Part shown: positions 9,706 to 19,421 of the stretch, piece after piece
How positions within the stretch are numbered: the stretch's first letter is position 1
Layout of the letters: each line of letters opens with the position of its first letter
Origin: Bacilli bacterium
GTDB taxonomy: Bacteria > Bacillota_I > Bacilli_A > RF39 > UBA660
Direction: 5' to 3'
DNA: 64,000 nt
Assembly: GCA_028694645.1 (NCBI GenBank)
Contig: JAQVKM010000002.1
Coordinates: forward strand, 112,149-176,148
Position numbers and translations under genes: made by a program
Notes under the pieces: model-generated
What the model was told of the DNA's origin: nothing
The model's database searches: none
Seen by the model: the letters and a program-made list of their open reading frames with translations, nothing else

Positions 9706-10937
9706 TTTTCACCTTTTAGATATTTTATTGCACTAATAAGTCCTAATTTACCATAATCATATGTTAATCCCCCTTGTTGATAAGCAATATAGGGTTTTCT
9801 AATAGGTCCATCGCAAGATAATTCTATTGATGAGCCTTGTGTAAATGCTCCCGCTGCCATTATAACTTTATCATCGTAACCTGGCATATCCCATGGTTCT
9901 GGAATTGCATTTGCATCAATAGGTGACCCAGCCTGAATTCCTTTACAGTAATTAATTAAATCTTGCTCATTATTAAATTCTATACTTTGAACTATGTCAC
10001 ATCTATTGTCATTATATTTTGGTTCTACTTTGTAACCTAAGTTTTCTAAAACTTTTGATGTTAAAATAGAAGTCTTAAGTGCGCTAGCTACAACACTTGG
10101 TGCTAAAAAGAATCCTTGTAAAAGGCTTTTATTTATTCCTAAACTAGGTCCAACTTCTTTTCCCTCACCAGGTAGTGTCAAACGCTCAGAAGCAAGATTA
10201 ACCAATTCTTTTTTTCCAACTATATATGCACCATTTGGAGCTATCCCCCCACCTAAGTTTTTAATTAATGATCCGACTATTAAATCTGCTTTAAATGGTA
10301 TTTCTAATGGTGTTTTGTTTTCTACAAATTCACAATAACAATTATCTATCATAATAATAACTTCATTATCGACTTCTCTTATTTTTTCTATAACATTGTT
10401 TAACTTTTCTAAATCAATACTTTTTCTATTTGAATATCCCTTAGATCTTTGTATTTGAATAACTTTGATTTTTTTCAATAGTAAGGTTTCAATTATTTTA
10501 TTTATATCAAATTCATTATCAATTAAATCTATTTGTTCATAATTAATGTTATATGATTTTAAAGAACTTGGATTTTCTTTTATTCCTATTACTTCGTGTA
10601 ACGTATCATAAGGAGTTCCTGTTATGCAAAGTAGTGTATCATTAGGTCTTAAAAGAGAAAACAAAGCTACTGTTAGAGCATGCGAACCTGATATAAATTG
10701 ACTTCTAACTAAAGCATCTTCTCCACCTAAAACTTGCGCAAAAATTTTTTCAATAGCGTCTCTTCCCATATCAGAATAGCCATATCCTGTAGTACTATTA
10801 AAATGTATTTCACTTATATTATTATTGTGAAATGCATTCAAAACCTTAGTACTATTTTCAAAACAAATTTCATCTATTTTTTCAAATTCGTTTCTAATTT
10901 CTTGCTCTGCTTGTTTTATTAATTTATTAATTTCCAT
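9702..10937 (-). CDS. ynbB: YnbB / aluminium-resistance family PLP-dependent enzyme (Met gamma-lyase-like)
   Basis: The N-terminal ...NAFHNNNISEIHFNSTTGYGYSDMGRDAIEKIFAQVLGGEDALVR and the overall length are typical of the family. Confidence 0.8.
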   Translation of the reverse strand: MEINKLIKQAEQEIRNEFEKIDEICFENSTKVLNAFHNNNISEIHFNSTTGYGYSDMGRDAIEKIFAQVLGGEDALVRSQFISGSHALTVALFSLLRPNDTLLCITGTPYDTLHEVIGIKENPSSLKSYNINYEQIDLIDNEFDINKIIETLLLKKIKVIQIQRSKGYSNRKSIDLEKLNNVIEKIREVDNEVIIMIDNCYCEFVENKTPLEIPFKADLIVGSLIKNLGGGIAPNGAYIVGKKELVNLASERLTLPGEGKEVGPSLGINKSLLQGFFLAPSVVASALKTSILTSKVLENLGYKVEPKYNDNRCDIVQSIEFNNEQDLINYCKGIQAGSPIDANAIPEPWDMPGYDDKVIMAAGAFTQGSSIELSCDGPIRKPYIAYQQGGLTYDYGKLGLISAIKYLKGEK

Positions 10938-10986
10938 AAGTCACCTCTTTATAAACTTTATATATTATAACATTTATAAATCAAAT

Positions 10987-11451
10987 TTAAATTATTTTTT
11001 TATTTGATTCATAAATTAATGCTTCATATAATAAATCAACTATGTAATTACTATTTCTTAATTGATATTTTTTAATTACATCTTCAATTATATTATCATG
11101 ATATTTCATATTTAGATATTCAAATATAGATGTTTTTTCATTATCTATATTTTTTAAATAATTAATTGTATAGATATTATCAATTATTAATAAAGGAATA
11201 TCCTCAATCCAATCAATAAAATCATTTATTATTTCTTTGGTTGTACTTTTATATACAAAATTTGATTTATCATAACTTATTAAATTAAGTAGTTCTGTTA
11301 ATGGAATTTTTTCATCTGTTATTCTATAATCAAATCTATCTATTAAATTTAAATCATCTTTTTTTATTTTTAAAGCCGATAACTGAATAATTTCTCCTTT
11401 ATTTGGATCTGCTGATGTTGGTATTATTTCTAATATAATATATTTATTCAT
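10987..11451 (-). CDS. hypothetical protein, possibly a degenerate DnaQ-like exonuclease fold
   Basis: ILEIIPTSADPNKGEIIQLSALKI resembles the Exo I segment but has Leu in place of the first Asp. YHDNIIED is Exo III-like. Weak. Confidence 0.3.
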   Translation of the reverse strand: MNKYIILEIIPTSADPNKGEIIQLSALKIKKDDLNLIDRFDYRITDEKIPLTELLNLISYDKSNFVYKSTTKEIINDFIDWIEDIPLLIIDNIYTINYLKNIDNEKTSIFEYLNMKYHDNIIEDVIKKYQLRNSNYIVDLLYEALIYESNKKII

Positions 11452-11510
11452 TTCACACCTCTTTTAACATTATATAACAAAAGATCAAAAATTTCTTTTG
11501 ATCCTTTAAA

Positions 11511-12599
11511 TTAACTATTTTTAGTACCTTGTTTTTTATTATAATCTTTTTTCTTTAAAACAAATAAATACACGATTTCATCTTTTATTACATAAAAGCT
11601 TGTTTCTTTTGTATCTTCAAATTCCATAATTGGTGAAGATAAATTAGCAGCTAAATTCAGTAATTCTTCAAAACTTATAATTGAAATAACTTTCAATTTT
11701 TTTGTATCAATCATACTATTTGTTAAAACTAAAATTTCACTATAATCACTTTTAATTTTATCTAATTTTTCCTCATAATTTATTAATTCTTTATATTCTT
11801 GTAATTTCTTAACAATTAATAAAGACATTACTAATGAGAATATAAAACCTACTACATAAATACCAATTATTGTAATTTTAATTTCTGACAATTTTTTATT
11901 TTCTAAAAGTAAATAACCATTATCTTCTATATTTTCACTTTGATTAACAAAGAAAACTTTGTCTTCTACATCTATTTTAGCTGATAAAACATATTTTTTT
12001 GATAAAGAATATGTTCCATCATCACCATATATAGTTATTGGCATTTCTATTTTAATATAAGAAATTGTTGGTATTTGAAAATATTCAACAAAATCCATAA
12101 TTTCAGTAATATATTTTCTAACATCAATTGAAAATGTTTCAGTTAATGATAATGTTGAATTATTAGAACTAACAATACCTGTATCTTCTTTAATAACATA
12201 TTCTTTATTCCATAAAACAGGATTATTTTCACTGGTAGGGTCTTCATTATAAAGTCCATATAAAGTGGCTTTTATTCCATATTGATAATTAATCGGCAAC
12301 GATATTTCTGATGTTAAATCATATTTAAAAGTAAAATCAATATTTTTAGTAATACTTGTTATATATGATCTATCAGAAGATAATAAAGTTTCTTTTATAA
12401 ATTTATTATCATCAACACCAACATTATAAGATATTGAACTAACACTTACATATTTTTTTTCATTATTTTGTTTATTTTCAATGAAAAAATTTAATAAACC
12501 ATAACAATTAAATATCAAAAACAATAAAACTATAACAAGTAAAATAATTAATCTGTTTTTATTTAACAAAGTTTTTTTTGTTACTTTTTTTGTTGCCAT
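11511..12599 (-). CDS. two-TM membrane protein, DUF5305-like accessory protein of SipW loci
   Basis: N-terminal TM, about 200-aa extracytoplasmic domain, second TM (IIGIYVVGFIFSLVMSLLIV), about 100-aa cytoplasmic tail. Its start abuts the sipW-like stop. The family name is from recall. Confidence 0.45.
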   Translation of the reverse strand: MATKKVTKKTLLNKNRLIILLVIVLLFLIFNCYGLLNFFIENKQNNEKKYVSVSSISYNVGVDDNKFIKETLLSSDRSYITSITKNIDFTFKYDLTSEISLPINYQYGIKATLYGLYNEDPTSENNPVLWNKEYVIKEDTGIVSSNNSTLSLTETFSIDVRKYITEIMDFVEYFQIPTISYIKIEMPITIYGDDGTYSLSKKYVLSAKIDVEDKVFFVNQSENIEDNGYLLLENKKLSEIKITIIGIYVVGFIFSLVMSLLIVKKLQEYKELINYEEKLDKIKSDYSEILVLTNSMIDTKKLKVISIISFEELLNLAANLSSPIMEFEDTKETSFYVIKDEIVYLFVLKKKDYNKKQGTKNS

Positions 12600-12600
12600 G

Positions 12601-13578
12601 TTAATTCCCCGTTTCTACTTCAACATTATCATCATCTGATAAAAATTCTTTAATTAATATAGTTGGATACCCCATCTTAGGAATAATTCCTATCAATTTA
12701 CCTAAAACTTGATTTTGCTTAACACTAAGATTATCTCTTGAACTATTATTATCACCTTTAGTTATTAATATTTTCTCATATTTGCTAGTTGTTTGTATAT
12801 CAATTACTCTATGTATTACTTTTATCTTATTTAAATTATATACTATTACATCTCCAATTTCAATATCATTATAATTTATTTTACTATATATAACAACATC
12901 ACCTCTATTAATTGCAGGAGCCATACTTCCTGTTAATATTACAACAGGTTTAACTGGATAGAAACCAGATGTAAAAAAGGTTATTAATGTAATAAATAAA
13001 ATAAATATTGTAAATTTTGTTTTTTCAAATCCAGAAAATCTTTCTTTTATATTAAATTTAATATAACTAAAATAATCTTTTTCTATTTTAAAATAAACAA
13101 ATAATGGTACTATTGAACTTATTATACATATAATAGCATAATTATTAGTTGGAAATACTGGAGTTAAAAGATATATAATAATAAATGGTAATTTATATAA
13201 TAAAGAAGAAATTATACCTTCTCTATAAATAAGATAACTTAAAAATAAATTCATTATCAGTGATGGAAAAAAATATTTTAACAAAAAAATGACCATCACC
13301 GAACTACTATTAAATGCTCCTGAAAAATTTTCAATACCGATATTTACAATCGTAAATAATATTGTTATTAATACTATATTAGTATATCTTTTGTTTTCTT
13401 GTGAAGATTTTATATAACTTGATCTTATAATTTCTTCTGTTATAGCTATAACTATAAGTGATAGTCCATTTAATAAAACACCAGCAAATGAGTGGTCTAA
13501 AGGACTATTTGAATAACCTATTATTAATCCTACTAAATAATACATAATAATGTATATTAAAGATCCAATTAATGCCAT
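12601..13578 (-). CDS. sipW: SipW-type (ER/archaeal-type) signal peptidase I fused to an N-terminal polytopic membrane domain
   Basis: The C-terminal 130 aa carry TGSMAPAINRGD (Ser), IHRV (His) and KGDNN boxes. The preceding 190 aa or so are multi-pass membrane. Confidence 0.75.
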   Translation of the reverse strand: MALIGSLIYIIMYYLVGLIIGYSNSPLDHSFAGVLLNGLSLIVIAITEEIIRSSYIKSSQENKRYTNIVLITILFTIVNIGIENFSGAFNSSSVMVIFLLKYFFPSLIMNLFLSYLIYREGIISSLLYKLPFIIIYLLTPVFPTNNYAIICIISSIVPLFVYFKIEKDYFSYIKFNIKERFSGFEKTKFTIFILFITLITFFTSGFYPVKPVVILTGSMAPAINRGDVVIYSKINYNDIEIGDVIVYNLNKIKVIHRVIDIQTTSKYEKILITKGDNNSSRDNLSVKQNQVLGKLIGIIPKMGYPTILIKEFLSDDDNVEVETGN

Positions 13579-13593
13579 TTGTCTTAATGCTTT

Positions 13594-13788
13594 TTAATCT
13601 GGGTTATTTATTTCATATTTTTTTCTTATAAATACAAAAGCGATAGCAGCTAAAGAAAAAAAGATAAGGGGTTTAAATAAATATTGATAAGGATTTTTCC
13701 CTACAGCTTCAATTAAAATTTTTGGAATAAACAAAAATATTATAAACAATGATATTATTGATATCCATTCAAATAATTTTCTACTCAT
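13594..13788 (-). CDS. small two-TM membrane protein
   Basis: Two hydrophobic helices. It overlaps the upstream stop by 1 nt and lies 15 nt upstream of the sipW-like gene. Confidence 0.5.
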   Translation of the reverse strand: MSRKLFEWISIISLFIIFLFIPKILIEAVGKNPYQYLFKPLIFFSLAAIAFVFIRKKYEINNPD

Positions 13789-14369
13789 TAATTCACTATA
13801 ATAATATAATAAAAGTATTGTGTAACTCCATTAGCTACATACTTTAGTCGAACTTGCATTTTAATAACAGTTGTCAAACTAGTTCTTAATCTAGCTGTTA
13901 CAGTCAATTTACCAGTTGAATAAGCAGCTATAGAAGTAGCACTTAAAGTTGAAGCTAAATTACTAACATTAGATCCACCAGTAACTGTTGTATTTGTTCT
14001 TGTTCCACTTGTTAAAGTATATGGATATGGATTTTTAAAATTAATAACAAAAGTACAATTAACATAACTGGTATATCTTCTTGTTCGTGTAAAAGTTAAT
14101 GTTAAATAATTGTCTTCTAATACCTCACTAGTTAGCGAAGCAAAAGTAGTAGGAAAAGTTCCACTTGTATAAGTAGCTCCTCCTGTACCACTAGCTGTTA
14201 AATTAAGATTTAAAGCATTACCACTAACTACATATTTAGCTACAGCTGTTCCATTAATACTTAAAGATTCACTAAAAATACTATAACCTACACTAGTAGT
14301 TATTATTATTAATAATAAAGATATTATCCAATAGCTTTTTTTATATTTCTTTCTTCTTATTTTTTTCAT
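13788..14369 (-). CDS. secreted TasA/camelysin-like protein with SipW-cognate-type signal peptide (divergent paralog C)
   Basis: Basic N-terminus, TM, then GYSIFSESLSINGTAVA. Thr/Ser/Asn-rich beta-type body. Confidence 0.5.
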   Translation of the reverse strand: MKKIRRKKYKKSYWIISLLLIIITTSVGYSIFSESLSINGTAVAKYVVSGNALNLNLTASGTGGATYTSGTFPTTFASLTSEVLEDNYLTLTFTRTRRYTSYVNCTFVINFKNPYPYTLTSGTRTNTTVTGGSNVSNLASTLSATSIAAYSTGKLTVTARLRTSLTTVIKMQVRLKYVANGVTQYFYYIIIVN

Positions 14370-14390
14370 AAATAACCCCTTAACTCAATT

Positions 14391-14415
14391 AAAGCCACAT
14401 TTAAAATGCGGCTTT
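14391..14415 (-). promoter_or_regulatory. intercistronic stem-loop between paralog B and paralog C
   Basis: AAAGCCACA-tttaaaa-TGCGGCTTT (9-bp arms with one mismatch). There is no strong T-tail. Confidence 0.4.
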
Positions 14416-14425
14416 AAATTAATTA

Positions 14426-14929
14426 CTAAACTGTTTGTTGATAATTCAATGTTGCTGTAAATGTTACATTTTTATTAGCCACTGTAGAACTTGTAGCCCA
14501 TGCTACTGTTATATCAAATGTATAAGTTTCATTTGGTGCTAAAACAACACCTGTTGGCCATGTTGGATATGTTACTGTTACATCTGAATCGTTGTTTCCA
14601 GTAACATTAACACTTAATAAATTAGCATCGATATTACCAGTATTTTTAACTGTTACACTAATAACAGCATTTGATCCTGGTTTAGCTAAATCAGGTACTG
14701 ATATAGTTAATCCATTTTTATCTGTTGATATTGTTGAAGTTGGTGTACATCCTGTTGCAGATGTAATTGATGTAGCTGAAAATTGTACATCAAATATACC
14801 TGTTGTTACAGCTGTACCATTAATATTTAATGCTTCACTAAATATTGCATAACCTATTGTCATTGTAAATAATATTGCACATAATGATATTATTACATAA
14901 ACTCTACTATTTTGTTTTTTCTTTTTCAT
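14426..14929 (-). CDS. secreted TasA/camelysin-like protein with SipW-cognate-type signal peptide (paralog B)
   Basis: ...TMTIGYAIFSEALNINGTAVTTG..., closely similar to paralog A along its whole length. Confidence 0.55.
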   Translation of the reverse strand: MKKKKQNSRVYVIISLCAILFTMTIGYAIFSEALNINGTAVTTGIFDVQFSATSITSATGCTPTSTISTDKNGLTISVPDLAKPGSNAVISVTVKNTGNIDANLLSVNVTGNNDSDVTVTYPTWPTGVVLAPNETYTFDITVAWATSSTVANKNVTFTATLNYQQTV

Positions 14930-14943
14930 TTAAACTCCTCTTT

Positions 14944-15453
14944 CTATATTGACTGTTCATAATTTAATTTTGCACTAAAAGTTATACTTTTATTACTACT
15001 TGTTGAATTTGTATTCCAAAACACAGAAATACTAAATGTATAAGTGTCTCCTGGTTGTAATAATATACCTGTTGGCCATTCAGGATATGTAATGTTAATA
15101 TCTGAATCATTATTTCCAGTAACAACTACATTTAATAAATTAGCTGTTACATTTCCAGTATTTTTAACAATTACACTTATTATTGCTCCAGATCCTGGTG
15201 TTTTTAAATCAGGTACCGATATAGTAATTCCATTCTTATCTGTTGATATTGTCGAAGTTGGTGTGCAACCATTTGATGAAACAATTGAACTAGCTAGAAA
15301 TTCAACATTGAAGTTCCCGCTTGTTACGGCTGTACCATTAATGTTCAATGATTCACTAAATATAGCATACCCAGCTGCTAATGAAAATATAGCAACAAAT
15401 AATATTATAATAAAATATACTTTATTATTTTGTTTTCTAATTTTTTGTTTCAT
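14944..15453 (-). CDS. secreted TasA/camelysin-like protein with SipW-cognate-type signal peptide (paralog A)
   Basis: ...LAAGYAIFSESLNINGTAVTSG..., first gene of the cluster, 14 nt upstream of paralog B. Confidence 0.55.
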   Translation of the reverse strand: MKQKIRKQNNKVYFIIILFVAIFSLAAGYAIFSESLNINGTAVTSGNFNVEFLASSIVSSNGCTPTSTISTDKNGITISVPDLKTPGSGAIISVIVKNTGNVTANLLNVVVTGNNDSDINITYPEWPTGILLQPGDTYTFSISVFWNTNSTSSNKSITFSAKLNYEQSI

Positions 15454-15598
15454 TAAAACCTCCTATATCTTGTATACATCATATCAAGAATAAAATAAAA
15501 TTACAATATTATTTACATTTCACTTTACACACGATATATTTCAATACAATTTACTTTAATATATTACTTATGATAAACTAATATTGATGAGGTGACCT

Positions 15599-16783
15599 AT
15601 GTATGATGTAGTTATAATTGGAGCAGGTCCTGCAGGTATGATGGCTGCCATCCAAGCTTCTAAAAAAAATAAAGTTTTATTAATTGAAAAAAATGATAAA
15701 ATAGGGGAAAAACTAGAATTAACTGGTGGAACTAGATGCAATTTAATTAATTTAAAAAATATTGCTGATTTTATTAAAGAAATTCCTGTTAATAACAAGG
15801 CCCTTTATTCTTCTTTAAATAAATTTAGTCCCCAAGATATATATGATTATTTTAATATGAATAAAGTTTTTCTTAAAGTAGAAGATAATGATAGAGTATT
15901 TCCTGTTAGTAATAAAGCTAAAACGATAATAGATTTTTTTAATAATGAAATAAAAAATAAAAATATTGACCTACATTTAAATGAGTATGTCAAAGATATA
16001 ATAATAACTGATGAGTATAAAATAGTTTCAACTAATAACAATGAATATACAACTAATAAAATTGTTTTAGCTACAGGAGGATGTTCATATCCACAAACCG
16101 GATCAACAGGAGACGGTTTTAGGATTTCTAAAAATATAAATCAACCGGTTACTAAACTATATCCAGCTGAGACCTTCTTAATAAGTAAAAATAAATTAGA
16201 TTTAGCTGGTTTGACTATAGAAAATGTCAAAATCAAATTAAATAATTATATAGAAAACGGATCTCTTTTATTTACACATCAAGGAATTAGTGGTCCTGCT
16301 TGTTTTAAAATAAGTGAAAAAGTTTATAAACAATTACAAGAAGAAAAAGAAATTACTTTACAAATTGATTTATTACCCGAATTAAGTAATGAACAAATAT
16401 TAAACAAAATAAATGAATATAATCAAAAAAAAGAAGTAATTAGCTTCTTAAAAGAAATTTTACCAAAAAGAATAGCTGAATATATAATTAAAAAGACAAA
16501 CATAAATACAAGAATTGCTGAACTATCTAAAACAAACAAAAATATCTTAATTGAAAATATAAAACAATTTGAAATTCAAATTATCAAAACAGGAAGTATA
16601 GAACAAAGTTTTGTTACTGGCGGTGGTATTGATATGAAATATATTAATTCTAAAACAATGGAATCGACGATTAATAAAGGAGTTTACTATGCAGGTGAAA
16701 TATTAGACATTCATGGTCATACAGGAGGATATAATATTACTATAGCATTAAGTACTGGTTACAATGTTGGTTCGCAAATATAA
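15599..16783 (+). CDS. HI0933/BaiN-family NAD(P)/FAD-dependent oxidoreductase
   Basis: MYDVVIIGAGPAGMMAAIQA dinucleotide fold, IGEKLELTGGTRCNLIN, C-terminal GGYNIT. Confidence 0.85.
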   Translation: MYDVVIIGAGPAGMMAAIQASKKNKVLLIEKNDKIGEKLELTGGTRCNLINLKNIADFIKEIPVNNKALYSSLNKFSPQDIYDYFNMNKVFLKVEDNDRVFPVSNKAKTIIDFFNNEIKNKNIDLHLNEYVKDIIITDEYKIVSTNNNEYTTNKIVLATGGCSYPQTGSTGDGFRISKNINQPVTKLYPAETFLISKNKLDLAGLTIENVKIKLNNYIENGSLLFTHQGISGPACFKISEKVYKQLQEEKEITLQIDLLPELSNEQILNKINEYNQKKEVISFLKEILPKRIAEYIIKKTNINTRIAELSKTNKNILIENIKQFEIQIIKTGSIEQSFVTGGGIDMKYINSKTMESTINKGVYYAGEILDIHGHTGGYNITIALSTGYNVGSQI

Positions 16784-16785
16784 AA

Positions 16786-16805
16786 AAGTTCTTTAAAAAG
16801 AACTT
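16786..16805. terminator. bidirectional terminator between convergent genes
   Basis: AAGTTCTT-taaa-AAGAACTT, flanked by an A-run upstream and a long T-run downstream. Confidence 0.6.
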
Positions 16806-18750
16806 ATTTTTTTATTTTTTTCTTAATTATATCAGCTAATATAATTGTAATAAATGTACCAATTAATATCCCAATAACAACAATTATATTATCATAAGTT
16901 ATACTTGACTCACTAGTTATTATTGCTTCTTTAAATAATCCAATTGAATATTTCATTGGCATAAAATTATATATGCTTCTAAAAAATGTTGGAACTGTTT
17001 CTATTGGAAAAGTACCTCCACTAGAAGCTAATTGTAATACTAAAAATAGTATTGCTATAAATTTACCAATATCATCAAAATTAATAATTAAAAATTCAAT
17101 TATCAATAAAAATGCATTAGCTACTAAAATTAAAGAACCATAATATATTAATAAATTTGTTATTTCAAAACCTAAACCAATTTTTAATAGTAATCCTAAA
17201 AGTAATCCTTGACTACTAGCTAAAACCATATAAGCTAATGTTCTTTGCACTTTATTTTTATTATTTCTACTAAATATTTTAAATCTATCTTTAACATCAT
17301 AATATAAAACTACAAATAACATTAATGCTCCAACCCATAATGATAATGACATAAAATATGGAGCAAAAGCTATACCATATTCTGTTACTTGATTAAAATC
17401 TTCTTCTTTAATAGTAACTGATTCTTTTACATAATCATCTAATCCTGTTAATTTATTAATATCTTCTTTTGATTCTGTTAAATTATTATCGATCTCAATT
17501 ACCGCATTATCTGTTTTTTCATATAAAGTATTTACTCCACTTTGTAATTTTATTGAACCTTCTGATAATTTTATAATACCTGACTTAACTTCATCTGAAG
17601 AAGTAGATAAAACATATAAACCAGACTCCAATGATTTCATACCAGATGTTATTAAACTAGAACCACTTTTTAATTTTGTAACATTTGTTTGAATGTTTTT
17701 AATTGTATCATTAATTGTCCCTAGGGAACTGCTATTTGTAGCTACAGCATTTAAACCATAATTAATTGTTTGATTATTTGTTTTTATTGAATTACCAGAT
17801 GCTGAAACATAATCTAAATTAAGTTGTATATCTTTAGCTGTTTGACAATTTACTGATTCGTCTCCTTCTTCAGCACAAATGGATGTTACTAAATTATCAT
17901 ATGTAGCTGTTACACTTGTTACACCATCAATATAACTATTTAATCCTGTTGTCAATTGATTATGACTATCTGATAATTTGCTAATGCTTTCTACTAAAGT
18001 AGATAACCCAATTGTAGCAGTATTAAAATCATTTAATCCGCTTTCCAAATTATTTAAACCTAATGTTAAATTTGTTAATGATGCAGTTAAAGTTGCACTT
18101 CCTTCATAACTAGATTTTATTCCATTATCAAATTCTTCATAATTATTATTCAAGATATTTAATCCTTCTGTTATCGTATTTGTTCCATTTTTTACTGAGT
18201 AAATACCTGATTCTATTTGTTTTAAACCATCTAACATTTTCTCTACTTGAGATGGAAATTCTGTTATTTTATCTGATAAATTTGTTACAACCTCAGAAGA
18301 AATATTAGCTCTTAATTGTTCTTCAACTTTAAGCATAACTTTAGATATAATTTGTGAAGCTAAATAGTTAGTTTTTTGATTTGGTGTATATGTAATAGTT
18401 GTTAATTGTTTATCTTCTTCTACATTTTCTAAATTTTCTGTAAAGTTTTCTGGAATTGTTATTATTGCATAATAAGTTTGATCCTGTAAACCATCTATAG
18501 CCGTTTTTTCATCTACTACATTAAAATCTAAAACATCTTTTTCTTCTAAATTTTTCAATAAATCTTCACCACGATTAACATCATTAATTGTTTTATCTAG
18601 GTTTACTATAGCAACTGGAATATTATCAATTTCTCCATATGGATTCCAAAATGCTTTTAAATAGAAAAAACTATACATAAATGGAATTAAAGCAACTGCT
18701 GCAATAACAACATATGTCATAACTTTTCTTTTGTTTTTATTTTTTTTCAT
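16804..18750 (-). CDS. YhgE/Pip domain membrane protein
   Basis: N-terminal ...FMYSFFYLKAFWNPYGEIDNIPVAIVNLD, long coiled or repetitive middle section, C-terminal multi-TM ABC-2-like domain. Confidence 0.8.
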   Translation of the reverse strand: MKKNKNKRKVMTYVVIAAVALIPFMYSFFYLKAFWNPYGEIDNIPVAIVNLDKTINDVNRGEDLLKNLEEKDVLDFNVVDEKTAIDGLQDQTYYAIITIPENFTENLENVEEDKQLTTITYTPNQKTNYLASQIISKVMLKVEEQLRANISSEVVTNLSDKITEFPSQVEKMLDGLKQIESGIYSVKNGTNTITEGLNILNNNYEEFDNGIKSSYEGSATLTASLTNLTLGLNNLESGLNDFNTATIGLSTLVESISKLSDSHNQLTTGLNSYIDGVTSVTATYDNLVTSICAEEGDESVNCQTAKDIQLNLDYVSASGNSIKTNNQTINYGLNAVATNSSSLGTINDTIKNIQTNVTKLKSGSSLITSGMKSLESGLYVLSTSSDEVKSGIIKLSEGSIKLQSGVNTLYEKTDNAVIEIDNNLTESKEDINKLTGLDDYVKESVTIKEEDFNQVTEYGIAFAPYFMSLSLWVGALMLFVVLYYDVKDRFKIFSRNNKNKVQRTLAYMVLASSQGLLLGLLLKIGLGFEITNLLIYYGSLILVANAFLLIIEFLIINFDDIGKFIAILFLVLQLASSGGTFPIETVPTFFRSIYNFMPMKYSIGLFKEAIITSESSITYDNIIVVIGILIGTFITIILADIIKKKIKK

Positions 18751-18764
18751 TTTGTTTTCCCCCC

Positions 18765-19334
18765 CTAATTAAAAATACCTGTTTTTAAAAGTCTTGAAAT
18801 ATTATCGATTATTTCTTTTTCATTTATTTCTTTATTTGCACTATTCCATTCAAATAAAATGGCAATATATAATTTACAAATAAGAAAAGAACAAATATCC
18901 ACATCACATTCTTTTACATATCCATTTTTAATAGCTAATTCTAACTTTTGTTTTATGTAATCTTGAATACTATCATTAATTACTTTTAAATATGTAATAA
19001 CTGGAGATGTTTTTATTTCTATAGCTTCTTTGCTAATTGTATTTAAAAATTCACTTTGTTTTTTATATTTAAGTAATTGATATAAAGTCTCATGAATTTT
19101 ATCAAAAAAAGATAACTCTTTTTTTTCAATGCTTTCCACTATTTTCCTTAGATTTTCTAATTCTTCATTAATAAAATACTTAAATAATTCATCTTTATCT
19201 TTATAATATGTATATATAGTCCTTTTAGTTACTGAAGATTTGCTAGCTATTTCATCCATACTTACTTTTTTATAACCTTTTTGTGCAAACAATAATTTAG
19301 CTGTTTGATTTACTTTTTCTTTTTTATTTTCCAT
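18765..19334 (-). CDS. TetR/AcrR family transcriptional regulator
   Basis: The N-terminal HTH AKLLFAQKGYKKVSMDEIASKSSVTKRTIYTYYKDK is the classic TetR signature. Confidence 0.9.
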   Translation of the reverse strand: MENKKEKVNQTAKLLFAQKGYKKVSMDEIASKSSVTKRTIYTYYKDKDELFKYFINEELENLRKIVESIEKKELSFFDKIHETLYQLLKYKKQSEFLNTISKEAIEIKTSPVITYLKVINDSIQDYIKQKLELAIKNGYVKECDVDICSFLICKLYIAILFEWNSANKEINEKEIIDNISRLLKTGIFN

Positions 19335-19421
19335 ATATTCACCTCTTGTATACCGTTTCCCAAAAACAGTATACCAAAGATTATATTACTTCATAAAAAA
19401 AATGTCAACTTTTTTTGACAT

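Noticed and set aside
14592-15493. Plus-strand ORFs 14592..14852 and 15044..15493, antisense to the TasA-like genes
   Set aside because: They are mirror frames of Thr/Ser/Asn/Val-rich minus-strand genes. They have no RBS and low-complexity products. The minus-strand genes have signal peptides, RBSs and paralogy.
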